This document shows positions 58,263 to 64,000 of a DNA stretch of 64,000 nt, in pieces; position 1 is the stretch's first letter; the number at the start of each line of letters is the position of its first letter. Both the position numbers and the translations under genes were made by a program. Below the pieces are notes generated by a model. That model saw only the letters and a program-made list of their open reading frames with translations. It was not told where the DNA came from and did not search any database. Origin of the DNA: Selaginella moellendorffii (taxonomy: Eukaryota > Plantae > Lycopodiophyta); contig NW_003314262.1 in assembly GCF_000143415.4 (NCBI RefSeq), forward strand, positions 2,301,046-2,365,045, written 5' to 3'.

Positions 58263-61200
58263 CTCCCATGTGTCATGTGTTGGTCCTTTTGGGTCCCTTT
58301 TTGGAGCCTCGCCTTTTGCTCGCTTCGTGCTCGTTCCTTGAGCACTTCGTTGGGAGTTCCACTCCCGCTCTTGACTTTTCAAGTCGGAGCTTTTGGTCCA
58401 AACGTGTTACGCTCGTTTGGCTCTCGCTTCGGCCACTACCATGTGGCGCCCTTCCAGCTCCACTTTGGGGCCTAGGGATTTTGTGTCTCACAACTCCACG
58501 ACCCATAATCGAATCTCGATTTCCTATTCGACCGGTAAACCCTTTCATAAAGTAACACCCACAGCTGTTACCATTTCCATCCTTGGCACCTAGCCAATCT
58601 TTGTCTAGTATTTGAAATCAAAGGCTCACCATGCCTTGCGCATCCTTTAAGGACAGTAGTCTCTCCAACTTAGAGACTGATTGGACCACATGTAATGGTT
58701 CTCCCCTTTTATTGGTTTAGTTCTTGCTAAACCTTATAGAGACCCTTCTCTAAGTCAATCCCACTACTAACTTTCAAAACTCAACCAACTTCCTTTTACT
58801 AACAACTTCATATAATTTCACCTCAACACAAATTCTCAAGACTTATAGTATGCTTAAGCCTTGAAGATTTTTGCCCATATTTCCGACATCCGCAAAAATG
58901 CAAAATGAACATCTAAGGCTTGATCACAAAGACCACATCTTCAGATATTCACATTGCACTAACACTCTTCTTCAACCACCTTCAAGACCCAATGTGAAGC
59001 TAAAACACTAACAAGAAAAATGATATGGAAAATCAAGCTCTCTAAGGAAAATTCCCCATCACTCAAAATAACAATGCCACTTCCACTAACACAAGTGCTA
59101 GTGATATCAATACCTCATCCACACATCTTCTCCATCCAACAACTTACTTCAAATGCTAACAAATTAACTGATAAGTTATAGCAAATGAATTCTACAACCT
59201 TTTTCCAACACCTTATGGGCAAACCCCTAAAGAAACAAGGTATTAGCTTAAACTTAGCGTAATGGACCACTATCGAGAATCCAGTTAAAGCTACTACAAT
59301 ACTACTATGTGTAAGTAGACTAGCTTCACTATCAACCACTTTGGGGTTAAGATCATCAATTGAGCAACACCAGGAGCAATGCTCATGTCATTACTTCAAA
59401 GGTTTATATGAGTATCAAGTGCTAACTCGATTTGACAAAATGCAATATAAATGCCACACCCCACTAATAGAGATTTACAACACTCAACACCACTAACTTT
59501 TATTCACAACATGGACAAGTTCATGCCACTCTCTATCCAACCAAACCCAAAACTAATCCAACACCAAGCTACTCAAGGAGCAATAGCAAGGTTCCCCGAA
59601 AAAAAAAATGAGCATTGTAACTCAAGTCTTCCAATAGCAAGCCTAGACAAAATGGTTTAGTGCTTAACTACTATCCATCTTATGACTCACCACTTGTAAA
59701 ACTATCATCTCCAACATGCATCAAGATAGGGACTCTTGATTGCATAATGTGAACACGAGCAATGAGTCACATCTCGTTACAAATCATCTCTCTAAGAAGA
59801 GAAAGTGATTTACATGTTTGACCCTTCGTCCCTGATGACTTTCTTTTTGGTCTCATCTTTGACTAAACCTCAAGCTTGCATTCGCACTGCCTTCAGTCCA
59901 ATCCAAGAAATGTTTATGAAAGAGCACGGCAATAACTACTTAAACCAATAGAGTAATCCCTGCAATCTTAATTGATCCACTTGTAATCATGCCTAGGAAG
60001 GATCCACTAATGCCATGCTAAATAGCTATAGACTAGCCTATTTGCCACTCATAGCAAACCCAGGGAAGGTTTGCTTTAACTCATGGTACATGGAACAATT
60101 CATGGAACCACTAATAGGCAAATATTAATCCTGCCAACTCAAAGTGCAACCTTGAGTTGCTAATGCGCCTCACTCACAAGCCCAAGCAAAAACTCGTGCA
60201 AAATGGTACATCTCAAATCCATCTTATGAGCCCAAAAGCAAATTCACATTATAAGGTACAACAAAGTAACCAAATCCATACCCAAGGAACAATTGCAAAG
60301 CCTTTGCACCTAAATGTGTACCCACTTGGATCATCGTTTTCATCTTTGCATATGCAACGAGATTAATTGCCCAATCTCATTGTATAGTACTCGTTGAGAC
60401 CCATCCTTTGATACCAAATGTAATGCATGTGGTTTTTACCCTTTATCCTATAGTGATTTACCATAGGATAACCACGGAAGTGGAACTTAAACCCTTTATA
60501 TGCCACATGTCATATGCCATGTGTCCAAAGGATAGTGGTGTGGAACCTAAGGTTCAGAGCCTTGGGCTATTGAACGAAGGAACGGTGCCAAACTCCCGAG
60601 CATACAGCCCAAGGAGCGAAGGGACAAAAGCCCGGAGCGACTTGGAACAGTCCTAGAACAACCAGCATCCCAATGCCAGGATTAGAAACGGAGCCAAACG
60701 GAGTCTGGCACTATTTCAGCATACAGCGGGCCTAACGCGAGGATATGAATACTCTACCAACTAGAATGGTATGGAACTTGGGCTTAGACCTAAACCAGAC
60801 ACAGAACAAAAATAGGCATGCAAGTAGGAGCTAAACTATACCTTAAGTTGGTCGGCCATGCCCGACCTACCCATTATCCCTACTATATATTTGGAACCCC
60901 CAATAGCCCCCCCTCCCCCCTTTGAGGAGCACATGTTTTGGGCTTTCACCCCAAGCCTCCCTTAGTACCAGGAGTTAGTATTTGGGACAAACTCAAAACT
61001 TACTAAATATGGAATGTCCTTAGATTGCAAATTTAGACATAAGATGAACACTATTGTGTTCAAGATGACTTCTACATTCTGTAGATATGCCAAATAAGCA
61101 AATCTGGACACTTCCTATAAATAGTATTTGGGACCGAAATGAGACTAACACAAAGGGTATGATAGCAAGGGTGTTTGGCAGACACGGTAAGCTATCATCC

Positions 61201-64000
61201 AGCAATATCGAGGGACCAATCTCAATACACGAGGGTTTTTGTCAAGCCAGTGCAAGACAGAGCAAAAGAGAACTAAGAGCCAGGCCAAATATGCTCAGCT
61301 AGAAACACATAGGAGTTCTTACTTTATGTCCATTTGGCTAAGTATAGGTGCTAAGCCCAATTTACTAACACTTGAACAAGAGGGGTTGATAAAAGGAATT
61401 AGCAATACTAACCTCCTGCCATCGTGGTAGTAAGGAAAAAATGTCTATAAGGATTGGCTAACAGGTAACTTTCGATACCCGAAGTCACATTTGCGACATT
61501 GGACTAGCATAAAGACATAATTTCTATGTGTTATTATTTAAGTATACTTATTTCAGTAAAGAATTTTCATTTCACTAGTAACAAGAACCCTCATGTATTG
61601 AGCACTAGTCCTTCAATATCACTATATGATAATTTGCCATATCTTTTAAAACACGCTCACTATCATGCCCTATATATTGGTCTCATTCAATTCTATTGGC
61701 TATTTATAAAAAGTATCTAGATCTACTTATAAGGCATATCTATGGAATATAAAAGATGAAAACTATATACACTATATTATTATCCAAGTGATAAAAAATT
61801 TTATGGATGTGTAGGCATGTTTTGGAAGGAGGTGTACCTTAGGTAGGTGATATCTCAAAGAGCTCAAAATTATCTGCAAGATAAATCAATTTAAAACATG
61901 CATATTTAAATTGTTTAAACAGATATGTGACTCAAAAATAATCTTTTGGATATAATATTTTTTCAAGGTATGGGCATATATTGGAATGCATGCATGATGG
62001 TTTGTACATATATGAATTTTTCAAATGCTACCTTCTGTAAAATCCATATCAATATCACATATGACTTTTTTAGTGTTGTGTAAAGTGGGAATCCTATCAA
62101 TTTATTTTGCATATCAATAGACTTTAAGCATTGGGTATAGGCATGATATTTTTGTAGTGCACAAGCTAGATTTTGAGCACTTTTTAGTCGACTTGAGAGA
62201 GAGGAAGACTTTCATAATTGAGATGGAGGATATGTCATTTTAATTGTTGAAGACATTTTTAGCATATCTCTATAACAACACTAATTGACCAATGTTTTGC
62301 AAGCACCAAATAACTCTCCTTGCCATATTTCATAAGTATGATATCAATCTCAAGGAAATAAGCAAGGAAAGTTTGATAAAAGATATAACCTTGAATAACA
62401 TCCTAAAGAGACTATACAATGAACTCAAATAATTAAATCCAAAGTTACCCTTTCTATATTCCACACACTCATACATACCTTAGTCAAATTTGGAAGGTAA
62501 AACATTCATTTACTTTCTTATTTGGGATTCTACTTATAGTAAAGGTCAATACATGGTTATATAGCTATTCTATTGATATGTTGCTTACTTATCTAGTTAA
62601 TTATATACTTCTACCATGGCTCCACTATAATTGTACTTGATTAAAGAGTTCATGAAAAGCTTTAAAGTTCTTTCCAAGAGGTTTCCTCATTGGTGTATAG
62701 ATGTTAATTATCCCCACCTGTCCAAAGTGGAGATGAAGGACGAGCAACTAAGCCTTAAAGACATTATATATACAAGTGGTTCTAACACTATTATAATTTT
62801 AAAGTCCCATTTTCGAGATTGACAATTTAGACTTTCATGTAGAGCTAAATATGTCGGAGCGGATCAAGCTAATTTTTCCAAGTTAATATCATAAATTCGT
62901 GGAAGAAAGGAGAAAAGAGTGCTAGTACTTCTAGGTTTATATCATAAGTTCTTAGAACGGATGGGATCATACTACTTTGAGATCAATACTAAGGAGCCCA
63001 AGGTGATCAAGTCAACATTGCCTGCTAAAAAATTTACACTCTACCTCAACAGTTTTAATTACCAAGTATTCTTCTATGTCGATATATTGTTAGTTTACAA
63101 TATTGGTCATAGGGAGTATAACATCCAACCAAAGAACCTAAATGATGATCTTCATGATGGCAAAAGAGCTATGATCAAGAAGCTCTATAAAGAGTAAAGT
63201 GTTGGAACTTATAACTCATGCAAAGAAATGTGAGAAATTTAGATTGTAAAAGCAGAAAAACAAGGACTTAGAGAAGGGGAGAATTGTTCATTCACTACTT
63301 TCAATCTGCTATTAAGTCACCAACTCAAATTAAGGAAAATTAAGAACAATAAAGACCTTCAAATGTTATCATTTTGACAACTTAGTCTCATGTGTGATAA
63401 AACCAAAGGAAATTTGTTAACCATTCACCACTTTAATATAAGTTAAACATTATGCTAGTCAAAAGAGAATATAATGAGAAAGTACAAAATCTTGAAATTT
63501 CTATTAACACTTTTATCACTTAAAACTTAAAAGAGAAGTTAGATATAGTGGACTGAAAGTGAGTAATAATATAAAAAGCTTAAAGATTTTAAAGCCAAAA
63601 TAAGAAGGAGGTATGACTTATCCAATTGAACTCTTATATGGATTAGATGTTATAGCATACCCTATCTCTCTTTCTAGAAAAAGGGTAATTACTTAATGAA
63701 AAACCCCTTAATAACTATTTTATCTTTATTGATTCCCAAAGGTCTTAAAGACCTATAGTTCCATAGTGATAATGATTGTTATTATCACATGCACTACTGT
63801 CCGCCCCCCCCCCGTAAAGATGTCAATATCTCCATTGATTATTGATTAACAACCTTTACTGAGCCAAGAGGAACTAACATCTCCATTTCCACATTAAATC
63901 TATTAATTTTTTTTATTATATAGATTAATTATTCTAAATTTATCAACTTTTTGTAGCACACCTTATCTCTCTCCCTTTAAGCCAACTGGAAAAGGGGCAA

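Larger units (their letters stand above)
56565..58492 (-). mobile_element. Young GC-rich long LTR with adjacent PBS, nested within the LARD-like element
   Basis: Minus strand reads TGTGAGACAC...CGCTTACA followed by ATTTGGTATCGGAG; CpG-rich, unlike its paralogs. Confidence 0.85.
54693..61498 (-). mobile_element. Near-complete LARD-like LTR element with a TTGGA TSD
   Basis: 5' LTR 60419-61498 (TG...CA) with PBS (tgatacca) directly inside; truncated 3' LTR 54693-~55213; TTGGA at 54688-54692 and 61499-61503; no gag/pol motifs recognised internally. Confidence 0.85.

Noticed and set aside
57382-58555. Long ORFs (220-373 aa) in all six frames, and similar ones at 35719-36013 and 45873-46396
   Set aside because: Produced by a stop-free hexamer satellite inside an LTR (DSDS/RTRT/LGLG repeats); no evidence of protein coding.
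63792-63815. CACTA-like terminus (CACTACTGTCCGCCCC)
   Set aside because: No matching TIR, subterminal repeats or recognisable transposase.
33000-64000. AT-rich half as organellar insertion or contaminant
   Set aside because: No plastid or mitochondrial genes, rRNA or tRNA recognised; content is plant-type LTR retroelements with Met-tRNAi PBS, contiguous with the gene block.

Overview
Eukaryotic land-plant nuclear DNA. Very short GT-AG introns (about 50-110 bp), intergenic spacers often under 300 bp, a flagellar SPAG6/PF16 gene and vascular-plant gene families suggest a lycophyte such as Selaginella (inference). The window has two sharply separated compartments. Positions 1-~33,000 are GC-rich and gene-dense, with 19 protein-coding genes: an uncharacterised conserved gene, U2AF35, two tandem intronless multi-RRM-like genes, SPAG6, complex I B9/NDUFA3, WDR55, coilin, CDC7, a BONOBO-like bHLH, cyclin T, SPCS1, B12D, a GDSL lipase, a dirigent-like protein, a class III peroxidase, an OTU-RPC9 fusion and a vicilin-like cupin. 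Positions ~33,000-64,000 are AT-rich and hold nested, decayed LTR retroelements (Ty3/gypsy relics, TRIMs, a LARD-like family, satellite-bearing LTRs), three 100-N gaps and one intact DUF26/Gnk2 gene. The best candidates for undescribed biology are: (1) an OTU-like deubiquitinase spliced in frame to the RNA polymerase III stalk subunit RPC9/C17; (2) the tandem six-module RRM-like proteins resembling U2AF65 RRM1, next to U2AF35 and ending in a conserved GGWIEEEEE tail; (3) dense GNATATNC (P1BS) clusters in short intergenic spacers. All family assignments come from reading motifs by eye; no database searches were run.
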